This document shows positions 33,447 through 44,183 of a stretch of 64,000 nt of DNA, piece after piece. Location of the stretch: positions 45,440 to 109,439 of the forward strand of contig CAWFKN010000002.1 in the NCBI GenBank assembly GCA_963816405.1, read 5' to 3'. The first letter of the stretch is position 1. Each line of letters starts with the position of its first letter. The notes under the pieces are model-generated. The model ran no database searches and had not been told where the DNA came from. It worked only from the letters and a program-made list of their open reading frames with translations. Origin of the DNA: an uncultured Acidimicrobiaceae bacterium (GTDB lineage Bacteria > Actinomycetota > Acidimicrobiia > Acidimicrobiales > RAAP-2). A program made the translations under genes and the position numbers.

Positions 33447-35507
33447 CTATGCAGCTGGGCAGCCGTGCGAGGCCGCGAGGTGTGTCGCCGCGTCGAGCGC
33501 AGCCAGCTCGCCCCGCGTCGGCACCCGCTTCGCGAGCCGGACGAGCAACGGGGCGAGGCGACCGACGACGTAGCCATCGCCCGCGTAGGTGAAGTGCTGA
33601 CCATCGACCCAGCGCACGACCGTCGAGCCGATCGTCCTCGCGTAGCGGCCGTTCGGGCTGACCCATGCACCAAGGTCAACGACGCTGATGACACCTGGGA
33701 ACTGGCTCGCCACAGCCTCGAGCATCGCGTTGTACTCGTTCACCCGCGACGGCGCATCCTCAGGCCAGGGTTGGCCGTTCGCCTGCTCGCCCGTGTCGTA
33801 GTACGGCGTCGTGAGAAAGACGACGGGCCGCCCGGTGACCGAGAGCGTCGAGGCGAGCAGGAGCAGTCGGGCGTGCAGCGTGCAGTCGAACTGGGGATCG
33901 CCGACGTGCTGCCAGCGCCCGTCGAGGAGGTGGTCGACCACGTCGAGGCGGAACAGCATCATCGAGAGGTCGGCATGGCGGTCGCGAACGGTCTTGGACC
34001 ACCGGTAGGGCCATCCCTTGGGCGGGGCGACCTCGCAGTGCCCGGGCGAGTCGAACCGATAACCCTTCACGACCATCCACCCGCCGACGAGCGAGCACTC
34101 CGGGTTGCCGTTGACCGTGACGAAGACGTGTGCCGCTCGCATGACCGGGTTGTTGAGGCCGCCACCGAGCGTCTGGGCCATCGAGTCACCGACGAGCAGG
34201 ACCGTCGTCGTGGTCCCCGGCGGCGCTGCACGCACGGGGTTCCACCTCGCGATCCGGTCGGGGAACGGCACCGCCGCAGACGCCGTGCTCACCGAGAACG
34301 CGAGCACGCACACGAGCGCATAGGACGCGACGCCCGCGACGAGTCCGAACACGCCCTTGAGGAACCGCCGCTGCCGGATCGGCTGCTCGATGAGCACGTA
34401 GGACACCGCCGCCATGGCCACCGTCGCTGCGAGGCGCACGGCGAGGAGCGGCACGCCGAGCAGGCCAGTGTGCGCGTGGTCGATCCATAAGAAGAGCGGG
34501 AAGTGGTACAGGTAGATGCCGTACGAGATCCGCCCGATGTACGCCACTGGGCCGAGGGAGAGGGCCCGAGCTGACCAGCTGTCCTCCACGAGCACCGTCA
34601 GGGCGATTGCCGCGGCGACCACCGCCCCGAAGGCGACGTACCCGCCGCGGTACAACCCCGCACCCGTGCCGCTCACCGTGAGGAACGCCACGATCACGAG
34701 TGCCCACGCGACGAGGCCGAGCGCGTTGGCGAGCCCGCGTCTCGTTCGGGGGGCGCGGAGGAACGGCCTGTCACTGCCCGTGGTCGTGAGCAACAGGCAC
34801 GCCAGCGCCGCACCGAGGAGCATCGTCGTCGCATGCGTCTCGGTCGCGAAGTAGAGGCCGTTGATGCTCGCGCCCTGCTCGTAGCGCACCGCCGTGAAGA
34901 GGGCGCACCCGAGCGACCCGAGCACGCACAGGACTGCGATGTTCGTCCGCCGTCGGGTGAGCAGCCGGATCCCCACCAAGAGCAGCGGCCACACCAGGTA
35001 GAACTGCTCCTCGATCGCGAGCGACCACGTGTGCTGCAGCGGCGAGGGCGGGAGGCCCAGGCTGAAGTACGTCGAGTGGGCCGCGATGAGCGTCCAGTTG
35101 CCGACGTACGCCATCGTCCCGACGATCTGGCCGGGTAGGCCCGGCAGGCTGCCGTGCGGGACGCCGAGCTGCGAGTAGCACGCGACGAGCAGGACGAGCA
35201 CGACGAGGGCGGGGAGCAGCCGTCGTGCTCGACGCTCGTAGAACCGCCCGAACCTGAGTCGACCCGTCTTCTCGAGCTCGGTGAGCAGGAGCGAGGTGAT
35301 GAGGAAGCCCGACAGGACGAAGAAGACGTCGACGCCGAGGAAGCCGCCGCGCACGCCGGGGACACCCGCGTGGTACAGCACGACCCCCGCGACGGCAAGC
35401 GCTCGGATGCCGTCGAGCGCGCGCACGTGCCCGAGGGTGGGGCGCGTGGTGACGCCGCTGTCGCGCTCAACTGCCGTCGCCACAGCGCGAGGATAGGACC
35501 CGACCAT
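33447..35507 (-). CDS. acyltransferase family 3 membrane protein with C-terminal SGNH-like domain (OafA-type)
   Basis: Intact 686 aa. It starts with LDGIRALAVAGVVLYHAG, has about 10 TM segments, and ends with a soluble C-terminal domain (VLLVGDSMAQTLG). Confidence 0.8.
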   Translation of the reverse strand: MVGSYPRAVATAVERDSGVTTRPTLGHVRALDGIRALAVAGVVLYHAGVPGVRGGFLGVDVFFVLSGFLITSLLLTELEKTGRLRFGRFYERRARRLLPALVVLVLLVACYSQLGVPHGSLPGLPGQIVGTMAYVGNWTLIAAHSTYFSLGLPPSPLQHTWSLAIEEQFYLVWPLLLVGIRLLTRRRTNIAVLCVLGSLGCALFTAVRYEQGASINGLYFATETHATTMLLGAALACLLLTTTGSDRPFLRAPRTRRGLANALGLVAWALVIVAFLTVSGTGAGLYRGGYVAFGAVVAAAIALTVLVEDSWSARALSLGPVAYIGRISYGIYLYHFPLFLWIDHAHTGLLGVPLLAVRLAATVAMAAVSYVLIEQPIRQRRFLKGVFGLVAGVASYALVCVLAFSVSTASAAVPFPDRIARWNPVRAAPPGTTTTVLLVGDSMAQTLGGGLNNPVMRAAHVFVTVNGNPECSLVGGWMVVKGYRFDSPGHCEVAPPKGWPYRWSKTVRDRHADLSMMLFRLDVVDHLLDGRWQHVGDPQFDCTLHARLLLLASTLSVTGRPVVFLTTPYYDTGEQANGQPWPEDAPSRVNEYNAMLEAVASQFPGVISVVDLGAWVSPNGRYARTIGSTVVRWVDGQHFTYAGDGYVVGRLAPLLVRLAKRVPTRGELAALDAATHLAASHGCPAA

Positions 35508-35558
35508 CCGCGTCTCCGCTGAGGGCCACGGTGCGCGCCAAGTAGAATCTCCTGGTCC

Positions 35559-35633
35559 GCCTCCGTAGCTCAGCGGATAGAGCGCCGGCCTCCGGAGCCG
35601 GAAGCGCAGGTTCGAGTCCTGCCGGGGGCGCCA
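35559..35633 (+). tRNA. tRNA-Arg (anticodon CCG)
   Basis: GCCTCCGTAGCTCAGCGGATAGAGCGCCGGCCTCCGGAGCCGGAAGCGCAGGTTCGAGTCCTGCCGGGGGCGCCA. The anticodon loop is CTCCGGA and the CCA is encoded. Confidence 0.92.
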
Positions 35634-35849
35634 TTTGCACGATGATTCGATGTGTCATCTGCCCGCGACGTGCCCGAGTGGCCACCCGTCCTCGCGACAG
35701 GTGCACGTGCGGCGCATCTCGTTCCAATGTGGCCATGCAGCTACTAGCGGTCCGATACAAGGCCAACTCGGCGGCGATGTGCCAACCTTGTCGTGCCAGA
35801 GGCGTGCGGCACCTCGCCTCGCCTCGACCTGAAGGGCAGCAGCACCGTG

Positions 35850-36761
35850 ATGGACAAGTCCGACGAGATCGTGCGCGATCGCGCGCTGCTGATGGAGCTG
35901 GCCGAGCCGGCGGGCGAGCTGTTCGAGCGGCACCTGCAGTCGACGAAGACGTGGTACCCCTTCGAGGAGGTGCCGTGGGACAACGCAACGAACTTCTCGA
36001 AGGACGAGTGGGACGAGGGGGTCTACCCGCTCTCAGAGGGCGTGCGCAGCGCGCTGCTGGTGAACCTGCTGACCGAGGACAACCTGCCGTACTACACGCA
36101 CGCGCTGCTCAGCAACGTGCCGAAAGAGCACCCGCTGCACGACTGGGCCGGTCGATGGACCGCAGAGGAGTGGCGCCACTCCGCAGCGATCCGCGACTGG
36201 GTGCTCGCGACGAGGGCGCTGGACCCGTGGCGGCTGGAGGACGACCGTATGGTGCAGATGACCACGGGGCTCATCCCTGAGTCGAGCCTCATCTCTGACA
36301 CCCTCGCGTACGTCTCGCTCCAGGAGCTCGCGACGCAGGTCGCGCACCGCAACACTGGCCAGGCGCTCGACAAGACGCTGCGCGGCAAGAAGATCATGTC
36401 GCTCGTCGCCGGCGACGAGGGGCTGCACCACGCCTTCTATCGCGACCTCGCCGTGGCTGCGATCGAGCGCGAGCCCAACCTCATGCTCGTCGCGATCTCT
36501 CGACGGCTCCGCAGCTTCCGGATGCCGGGCCTCGGCATCCCAGGGTTCGAGGAGCACGAGCGAGTCATCGCCGCTGCGGGCATCTTCGACGCGTCGCAGT
36601 ACTTCAACCAGGTCGTGACCCCCACGTTGTCGGCGTGGCACCTCGACGAGATCGAAGGGCTCGACGACCAGGGATCCCGTGCGCGCGACCGGATCCGCCG
36701 GACCCTCGGGGCACTGAAGCGGATCGCGACGATCACCCAGCCCGAGCCAGTGGACGCCTGA
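35850..36761 (+). CDS. soluble di-iron acyl-ACP desaturase (DesA-like)
   Basis: The start is at ATG 35850 (MDKSDEIV). It shows NLLTEDNLPYY, WTAEEWRHSAAIRDW and ELATQVAHRNTG, with two EXXH di-iron motif regions. Confidence 0.85.
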   Translation: MDKSDEIVRDRALLMELAEPAGELFERHLQSTKTWYPFEEVPWDNATNFSKDEWDEGVYPLSEGVRSALLVNLLTEDNLPYYTHALLSNVPKEHPLHDWAGRWTAEEWRHSAAIRDWVLATRALDPWRLEDDRMVQMTTGLIPESSLISDTLAYVSLQELATQVAHRNTGQALDKTLRGKKIMSLVAGDEGLHHAFYRDLAVAAIEREPNLMLVAISRRLRSFRMPGLGIPGFEEHERVIAAAGIFDASQYFNQVVTPTLSAWHLDEIEGLDDQGSRARDRIRRTLGALKRIATITQPEPVDA

Positions 36762-36773
36762 GCCCTCCCCGAC

Positions 36774-38051
<1,278 letters not shown>

Positions 38052-38419
38052 GCTCACCTGATCACCGCCTGCGTCGCGTTGGGCAGGTGAACACGCCTGC
38101 CATGTCGTGGCCAATGTAGACCCACGTGCCGCCCAACCACTGGCACGATTCGCGAACGAAGTTCGTCAAGTCGTCGGGGCCTCGAGGCGACAACGGTGTC
38201 GGGCGACGCCAGGTGCACCGAGCCTCGGCACGACGTCCCGATGCGATCGTCGGCGTGGACCGGCACGTGGGCGTTGCCGCCGCTGGCACGAGACGGTCCC
38301 GCTGCGCACCCATGGGCCGCCGGCGTGCAGTCGCCCGAACCGACAAGCAGGTTGCACACGCCAGAAAGCACGCTGCTGCGCTCAAAGAGTGGGCACGTCC
38401 ATCGCCAGGCCGCGCTCGA

Positions 38420-38560
38420 GTGCCTCATGGTAGGTTCGCCCTGCAACAAGCACATAGGGCACCGATAGGGGAAGCCGGTCAAAGTCCGGCGCTGGTCCGC
38501 AACCGTGGGTGAGGCGTGGCATGCCACCTCTCACAAGTCGGGATACCGATCGATGTTCAG
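38420..38560 (+). promoter_or_regulatory. cobalamin (B12) riboswitch
   Basis: The core AGGGGAAGCCGGTCAAAGTCCGGCGCTGGTCCGCAACCGTG (38467-38507) matches the conserved GGGAA..GGTG.AA..CC...C.G..CCGC.AC.GT core. A B12-box-like AAGTCGGGATACC lies at 38535-38547, with a 5' GGTA that can pair with TACC. It sits about 100 nt upstream of the 38651 CDS. The boundaries are approximate. Confidence 0.8.
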
Positions 38561-38650
38561 GGAGTCCTCAACCGTCGAGATCGCGGCAGGGGCTCGGAGA
38601 TCCCATGCGGTGGGCTCCCCGGGTCATTGTCCCGGGAAAGAGAGTCCAGC

Positions 38651-39709
38651 ATGTCGAAGTACTTCTCACGAGTGGCCGCGTCGTTCCTCGCAGGAGGCCT
38701 TGCGGTCGCTGCGTTGGGCGTCGGCGGCGTCGCCGCTGCGAGCAGGCCGATCCCCCACCAGCGGGTGGCCAGTGCCAGCCCGGCGACGCTGCCGCAGACC
38801 AAGGCGGCGCACCGAGCGGCGGTGTGGCTCGCCTCGCAGATCGGTGCGGGAGGCTACGAGGGACCCTCGAGCAGTCCCGACCTGTCCGACACGACGATCG
38901 CGGTCCTCGCCCTCGTGGCGGCAGGCAACGAGCACGCCGTCGCCGAGCGAGCGCTGCGCTACCTCGAGGGCCATGTCGATGCCTACGTCACCGTGGACGG
39001 TGCAGACGGACCGGGACAGCTCGCCACCTTGATCCTGGATGCGCACGTCCTGCACGTGAACCCCCAGCACTTCGGGGGGACCAACCTCGTCACGAGGCTC
39101 CTCAAGACGGTGCGCACGAGGGGCGTCGACGCCGGTCTGTTCGGCGTGCAGGCCCCGACCTACAACGGCGCATTCCGACAGGGCCTCGCCCTAGCGGCGC
39201 TTGCCTCGGCCGGCGTCACGCAATCCGCGAAGGTCGGCACCGCCATCACCTGGCTCAAGCACCAGCAGTGCTCGAACGGCGGCTGGGAGGCGTACCGGTC
39301 CGTCTCGACGCCCTGCGCCCCGACAGACCCCAACACGTACACCGGCGCCGACACGAACTCGACCGCGCTCGCGATCGAGGGGTTGGAGGCGCAGCACGCA
39401 CACATGACCCGCAGTCCCCTCGGCTTCCTCAGCTCCCTGCAGTGGTCCGACGGCGGGTGGGGGTACTACGGCGGGAGCTCGGACCCGGACTCCACGGGCC
39501 TCGTGGTCCAGGCGCTGCTCGCCATGCACCAGTCGGTCTCAGCTGCCCGGTTCCAGAAGGGCACGCACGACCCGGTGACGTCGCTGCTCTCGTTCCAGCT
39601 GAAGGACGGGTCGCTCTACTTCCCCGAGCCCCCGGCGCCCAACACGCCGAGCGCGCTCGCCACCGAGCAGGCGCTTCCAGCGCTCGCGAAGAAGGCCTTC
39701 CCGTTCTGA
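38651..39709 (+). CDS. secreted prenyltransferase/terpene-cyclase-fold (alpha-alpha toroid) repeat protein
   Basis: The start is at ATG 38651, after an RBS-like gggaaagagag. It has a signal peptide (MSKYFSRVAASFLAGGLAVAALGVGGVAAA). Repeated Q/W motifs (QQCSNGGWEAY, LQWSDGGWGYYGG, FQLKDGSLYF) are typical of squalene-cyclase/prenyltransferase repeats. Confidence 0.75.
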   Translation: MSKYFSRVAASFLAGGLAVAALGVGGVAAASRPIPHQRVASASPATLPQTKAAHRAAVWLASQIGAGGYEGPSSSPDLSDTTIAVLALVAAGNEHAVAERALRYLEGHVDAYVTVDGADGPGQLATLILDAHVLHVNPQHFGGTNLVTRLLKTVRTRGVDAGLFGVQAPTYNGAFRQGLALAALASAGVTQSAKVGTAITWLKHQQCSNGGWEAYRSVSTPCAPTDPNTYTGADTNSTALAIEGLEAQHAHMTRSPLGFLSSLQWSDGGWGYYGGSSDPDSTGLVVQALLAMHQSVSAARFQKGTHDPVTSLLSFQLKDGSLYFPEPPAPNTPSALATEQALPALAKKAFPF

Positions 39710-39711
39710 CG

Positions 39712-40431
39712 GTGCGCCGCAACGCGTGGTTCGCCGCGAAGAGGTTGGTCGCGGCCGTGCTCGTCGCTGGTGCGGCGAGCACGGCCGTGGCGACGACCGG
39801 CGCCCTGCCGGCAGCCGCGATGGCGGGCCGTCGATCCGGGGCCGGGCTCGGGGAGCTTCCTTCTGGCCGGCTCGCCATGCGGGAGCTGGCGGTCGCCGTC
39901 GTGATCGACTTCGGCCCGACCGCAGGCATCAGTCCCACCGTGCTCATCAAGTGCCTGCACGTGCGTCCCGGAACGAACGGCACGGACGTCCTCGTCTCGG
40001 TCCTGCACGAGGTGCATGCAGCCGCCCCGACGTACAACGACTCAGGGCTCCTGTGCTCGATTGCCGGCTACCCCCACGACGGCTGCGGGACGTTCACCGC
40101 CTCGGGCTACGCCTACTGGTCCTACTGGCACGGTGGCACCTCATGGTCCTACGCGAACGTCGGCCCAGCGGAGTGGACGCTGCCGGACCTCGACGTCGAA
40201 GGATGGCGCTTCGAGCCCCATGGCCACGCAAGCCCAGCCGACCCACCCCCTACCGCTCCGTCGTCGCTCGCCGCGGCCTGCATGGCCCAGACGACCGGAT
40301 CGATCTCGGGCGTCGTGCAGCCCGCAGGCACGAGCAGCGAGACGGTGGTGCTGCTCGGGCTGGTCGGCCTGCTCGTCGTCGCGCTCGGAGTGGTCAGCGT
40401 CCTTCGGTGGCGGCGGCCCGCCGACGAGTGA
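39712..40431 (+). CDS. DUF4430-like extracellular protein with C-terminal membrane anchor
   Basis: A GTG start at 39712 lies 3 nt after the upstream stop, followed by a signal-like N-terminus. The domain reads VAVVIDFG...GTNGTDVL...YNDSGLLCSIAGYP...YWSYWHGGTSWSYANVG...VEGWRF. The C-terminus has a hydrophobic stretch plus RWRRP. Confidence 0.6.
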   Translation: MRRNAWFAAKRLVAAVLVAGAASTAVATTGALPAAAMAGRRSGAGLGELPSGRLAMRELAVAVVIDFGPTAGISPTVLIKCLHVRPGTNGTDVLVSVLHEVHAAAPTYNDSGLLCSIAGYPHDGCGTFTASGYAYWSYWHGGTSWSYANVGPAEWTLPDLDVEGWRFEPHGHASPADPPPTAPSSLAAACMAQTTGSISGVVQPAGTSSETVVLLGLVGLLVVALGVVSVLRWRRPADE

Positions 40432-41600
40432 GACGCCTCCTCCACAGCCGGCGCGACAGGTCGCTGCACCCAGCGGCCTGGTGGATCTGGGCAGCGGGCC
40501 TCGCCACTGCGGCCATCCAGACGACGAACCCGGTCATCCTCCTGCTGCTCGCAGCGGTCATCTGCTTCGTCGTCGCGGCACGACGGAGCAGCGAGGTGTG
40601 GTCGAGGTCGCTCCTGTTCTTCCTGCGCCTCGGGCTCATCGTGATCGCCCTGCGCGTCGTGATCACGATGCTCTTCGGCTACCGCATCGCAGGCCACACG
40701 ATCTTCACGATCCCACGCGTGCCCCTGCCGTCGTGGGCGGCCGGGGTGAGCATCGGTGGGCCCGTGACCGCCGAGATGGTGCTCCAGGGTCTGTGCGAGG
40801 GACTCCGGCTCGCGGTCGTCCTGCTCGCGTTCGGTGCCGCCAACTCGCTCGCGAGCCCCTACAGGCTGCTGCGGTGCCTGCCGGCGGTCCTCTACGAGAC
40901 CGGCGTCGCGGTCACCGTCGCCCTCGCCTACGCACCTGAGCTCGTGATGACGATCGCAAGCGTCCGCGAAGCGCGTCGGCTGCGAGGTCGACCCGTCCGG
41001 GGGTTCGCAGGGCTCCGAGGGCTCGCCGTGCCGGTCCTCGAAGGCGCGCTCGATCGCTCCCTCGAGCTCGCGTCGTCGATGGACAGTCGCGGCTACGGCC
41101 GGCGCGCGTCGGTACCCGCGTCTACGCGACGTTGGGGAGCCACGTGCACCTGCGTCGGGCTGCTGTTCGTGATGCTGGGGGTCTTCCAGGCCCTCAGCTC
41201 GACGTCGCAGTGGGTCGGTCCAGGCGCGCTCGTCGCCGGCGTCGGGCTGCTCGGCGTTGGGATCGTCCTGAGCGGTCGCCGCACGCGGCGCACGCGCTAC
41301 CGGCCCGACCTGTGGCGGCTCGCCGAGTGGGCGGTGACCTGCTCGGGCATCGCAGTGGTCGTGGCGTTCGCCGTCGCGGGGTCGAGGCAGGTGGCGGGCC
41401 TCCAGGTCGACTTCTATCCGCTCGCCTTCCCCACGGTCCCGCCGCTCTTGTGCGCCGTCGTGCTGGTCGGGCTCGTCCCGGCCGTGGTCGCACCGGTGCC
41501 CGCCTCCCCACGCGCACGCCGGGGCTCGGCTGCAGGCTCGGACGTGTCGTCGGATGGGCCGTACGGCGTGGGACCTGTCGCGGCGCTGGAGTCGCGATGA
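40428..41600 (+). CDS. ecfT: ECF transporter transmembrane (T) component, CbiQ/EcfT family
   Basis: The GTG start at 40428 overlaps the upstream stop (GTGA). The protein is polytopic and carries the conserved A-R-G coupling motifs (REARRLRG, ASSMDSRGYG). An extended C-terminal TM region follows. Confidence 0.78.
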   Translation: MRRLLHSRRDRSLHPAAWWIWAAGLATAAIQTTNPVILLLLAAVICFVVAARRSSEVWSRSLLFFLRLGLIVIALRVVITMLFGYRIAGHTIFTIPRVPLPSWAAGVSIGGPVTAEMVLQGLCEGLRLAVVLLAFGAANSLASPYRLLRCLPAVLYETGVAVTVALAYAPELVMTIASVREARRLRGRPVRGFAGLRGLAVPVLEGALDRSLELASSMDSRGYGRRASVPASTRRWGATCTCVGLLFVMLGVFQALSSTSQWVGPGALVAGVGLLGVGIVLSGRRTRRTRYRPDLWRLAEWAVTCSGIAVVVAFAVAGSRQVAGLQVDFYPLAFPTVPPLLCAVVLVGLVPAVVAPVPASPRARRGSAAGSDVSSDGPYGVGPVAALESR

Positions 41601-43237
41601 TCCGCTTCGAGCACGTCACGTTCACCTACGACGACGCCGCACCGCCGGTGCTCCACGACGTCGACCTGAACGTCGGCGAGGGGGAGCTGTGCCTCGTGGT
41701 GGGGACGACGGGATCGGGCAAGTCCACGTTCCTGCGCGCCATGAACGGGCTCGTCCCGCACGCGACGGGTGGCCGGCTCGCCGGCGACGTGGCCGTGGCA
41801 GGGCGCTCGACGCGGGACCACCTGCCTCGCGAGCTCGCCGACGTCGTCGGGCTCGTCGGCCAGAACCCCGCGGCGTCGTTCGTGTCCGACGTCGTGGAGG
41901 ACGAGCTCGCCTACACGATGGAGAACCTCGGCATCGCCCCCGCGGCGATGCGGCGCCGGGTCGAGGACACGCTCGACCTGCTCGGGCTGCACGAGCTGCG
42001 CCGGCGCCCACTGCGGACGCTCTCGGGCGGCCAGCAACAGCGCGTGGCCATCGGCGCGGTGCTCACCGCGTCGCCGAGGGTCCTCGTCCTCGACGAGCCC
42101 ACCTCGGCACTCGACCCCGCCGCGGCCGAGGAGGTTCTCGCGAGCCTCTCGCGCCTGGTCCACGACGTCGGCCTCACGGTCATCGTGGCCGAGCACCGCC
42201 TCGAGCGGGTGCTCCCCTTCGCAGACCGGGTGATCCTCGTGCCCGGCGCCGGCGGGCGCTTCGAGGACGGATCGCCGGATGCCGTGATCGCGGGCTCGCC
42301 CGTCGCCCCGCCGATCGTCGAGCTCGCCAAGGTCGCCGGCTGGCAGCCGATCCCGCTGTCCGTGCGCGACGCGCGTCGCCTCGCGGCTCCCCTCCGCGAG
42401 CGACTGTCGTCGCTGCGCACGCCGAGGGGAATGCCTGGGTCTGGGCGCACGACGTCCGCCAGCCCGGTTGCCGCCCGGCTGGTCCACGCGACGGTGTCGT
42501 ACCCCGGGTTCGACGCGCTGCACGAGGTGGACCTCTCGCTCGCCGCCGGCGAGGTCGTCGCGGTCATGGGCCGCAACGGCTCGGGGAAGTCGACCCTGCT
42601 CGCGCTCCTCGCCGGCGCGCGCGCGCCGAGCAGCGGCACCGCGAGGGTGGGTGACGAGGACCCGGCCCGCCTCACGTCGCGAGCGCTCGTGCGCGCGGTG
42701 GGTCTCGTGCCCCAGGACGCCCAGCTCCTCCTCTACGGCGAGACCGTCGCCGCCGAGTGCGAGACCGCGGACCGCGAGAAGGACCTGCCGGCCGGCACCA
42801 CGTCGGCGGTGCTCGACCGGCTCGTCAGCGGCGTGCCGCGCGACCACCACCCGCGCGACGTGTCCGAGGGCCAGCGGCTCGCGCTCGCCATGGCCGTCGT
42901 GCTCTCGCACGCACCTCGCGTCGTGCTCCTCGACGAGCCGACGCGCGGCCTCGACTACCCGGGCAAGAAGCGCCTCGAGGCGACCTTGCGCACGCTCGCC
43001 GACGACGGTGCCGCCGTCGTGGTCGCCACCCACGACGTCGAGCTGGTGGCCAGCGTCGCTGACCGCGCCGTCCTGCTGGCCGACGGCGAGGTCGTGGCCG
43101 ACGGCCCGGCGCGCGAGGTCGTGTGCCATTCGCCGGTCTTCGCGCCCCAGGTGGCGAAGGTCCTCGCACCAGAGCCGTGGCTCACGGTCGACGAGGTCCG
43201 CGAGGCGCTGGCGGTCGAGCACGAGGGCGCGACATGA
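41597..43237 (+). CDS. fused duplicated ECF/ABC ATPase (EcfA1-EcfA2-like)
   Basis: Intact 546 aa from ATG 41597 (ATGA overlap). It has two Walker A motifs (GTTGSGKST, GRNGSGKST), LSGGQQQRV plus a degenerate second signature VSEGQRLA, and two Walker B motifs (VLVLDEPT, VVLLDEPT). Confidence 0.9.
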   Translation: MIRFEHVTFTYDDAAPPVLHDVDLNVGEGELCLVVGTTGSGKSTFLRAMNGLVPHATGGRLAGDVAVAGRSTRDHLPRELADVVGLVGQNPAASFVSDVVEDELAYTMENLGIAPAAMRRRVEDTLDLLGLHELRRRPLRTLSGGQQQRVAIGAVLTASPRVLVLDEPTSALDPAAAEEVLASLSRLVHDVGLTVIVAEHRLERVLPFADRVILVPGAGGRFEDGSPDAVIAGSPVAPPIVELAKVAGWQPIPLSVRDARRLAAPLRERLSSLRTPRGMPGSGRTTSASPVAARLVHATVSYPGFDALHEVDLSLAAGEVVAVMGRNGSGKSTLLALLAGARAPSSGTARVGDEDPARLTSRALVRAVGLVPQDAQLLLYGETVAAECETADREKDLPAGTTSAVLDRLVSGVPRDHHPRDVSEGQRLALAMAVVLSHAPRVVLLDEPTRGLDYPGKKRLEATLRTLADDGAAVVVATHDVELVASVADRAVLLADGEVVADGPAREVVCHSPVFAPQVAKVLAPEPWLTVDEVREALAVEHEGAT

Positions 43238-44183
43238 CCGGCGCGCCATCCCGCGCCCCGAGGGCTCGCCTGTGCGACGGGCCGGCGCGCGCGCGACCGC
43301 CGTGCGGCTCCGGCCGCGCGCGTCGGTGCTCCTCGCAGGCGCCTCGGTGCTCGGCGTCGTGGCGTTCGGCTGGCCGTTCCTCATGGCACGCGAGCTCGGG
43401 CGCGAACCTCGCGCACGCCACGGACGCGCCCTGGATCTTCGTGGCGCTCCTCCCGATCCTCCTCGCGATCGTGCTCGGCGAGATCGCCGAGGGGTCCCTC
43501 GACGCAAAGGCGGTCGCCCTCCTCGGGATCCTGGCGCCGTGCGGCGCCGCACTGCGGGTGCCGAGCCCGGGCGTCGGCGGGGTTCGAGCCGGTGTTCTTC
43601 CTGCTCATCCCCGCCGGGCGGGTGTTCGGTCGCGGCTTCGGCTTCGTGCTTGGCGCGCTCACGCATCTTCGCCTCGTCGCTCATCACCGGCGGCGTCGGG
43701 CCGTGGCTGCCGTTCCAGATGCTCGGCGCGGCGTGGATGGGCTTCGGCGCGGGGTGTCTTCCACCTGCCACAGGGCGAGCGCGAGCTCTCGTGCTCGCGG
43801 CCTACACTGCCGTCGCCTGCGTGATCTACGGCGCGCTCCTCAACCTGTGGTTCTGGCCCTTCGGCGCGGGGACGATGACGTCGTACTCGTACGTGCCCGG
43901 CGGCGGCGTCCTCGAGAACCTCCACCGCTTCTTCTTCTTCGACCTCACGACGTCCCTCGGCTTCGATCTCCCGCGGGCGGCCACGAACGCGATCCTGGTC
44001 CTCGTGCTCGGCCGCCCCGTCCTCGCCGCGCTGCGGCGCGCGGCGCGTCGCGCCGTCTTCGAGCCCGTCGTGCACCTCGAGTCGCGACCCGACGTTGCGG
44101 GGGGCACGGTCCCGGCGCACACGGTCCCGGCGCACACGGTCCCGACAGACGGGCCCGAGGGCGCCTCCCCCTCAGCGGGCTGA
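43234..44183 (+). pseudogene. ECF S-component-like polytopic membrane protein, at least 4 frameshifts
   Basis: The ATG at 43234 overlaps the ATPase stop (ATGA). Hydrophobic segments follow each other in different frames. In order they are SVLLAGASVLGVVAFGWPFLMARELG, DAPWIFVALLPILLAIVLGEIAEGSLDAKAVALLGILAPCGAALR, FEPVFFLLIPAGRVFGRGFGFVLGAL and FASSLITGGVGPWLPFQMLGAAWMGFGAG...LNLWFWPFG. Confidence 0.6.
44103..44147. repeat. 3 x 15-nt in-frame tandem repeat near the 3' end of the S-like gene
   Basis: ggcacggtcccggcg / cacacggtcccggcg / cacacggtcccgaca, encoding TVPAHTVPAHTVP. Confidence 0.85.

Noticed and set aside
38052-38419. ORFs on both strands in the gdh-riboswitch spacer (for example 38054..38527 -, 38126..38512 +), which might be small genes.
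   Set aside because: They lack recognisable domains, start contexts and RBSs, and have mixed composition. They overlap the riboswitch or the gdh promoter region, so this is most likely non-coding.
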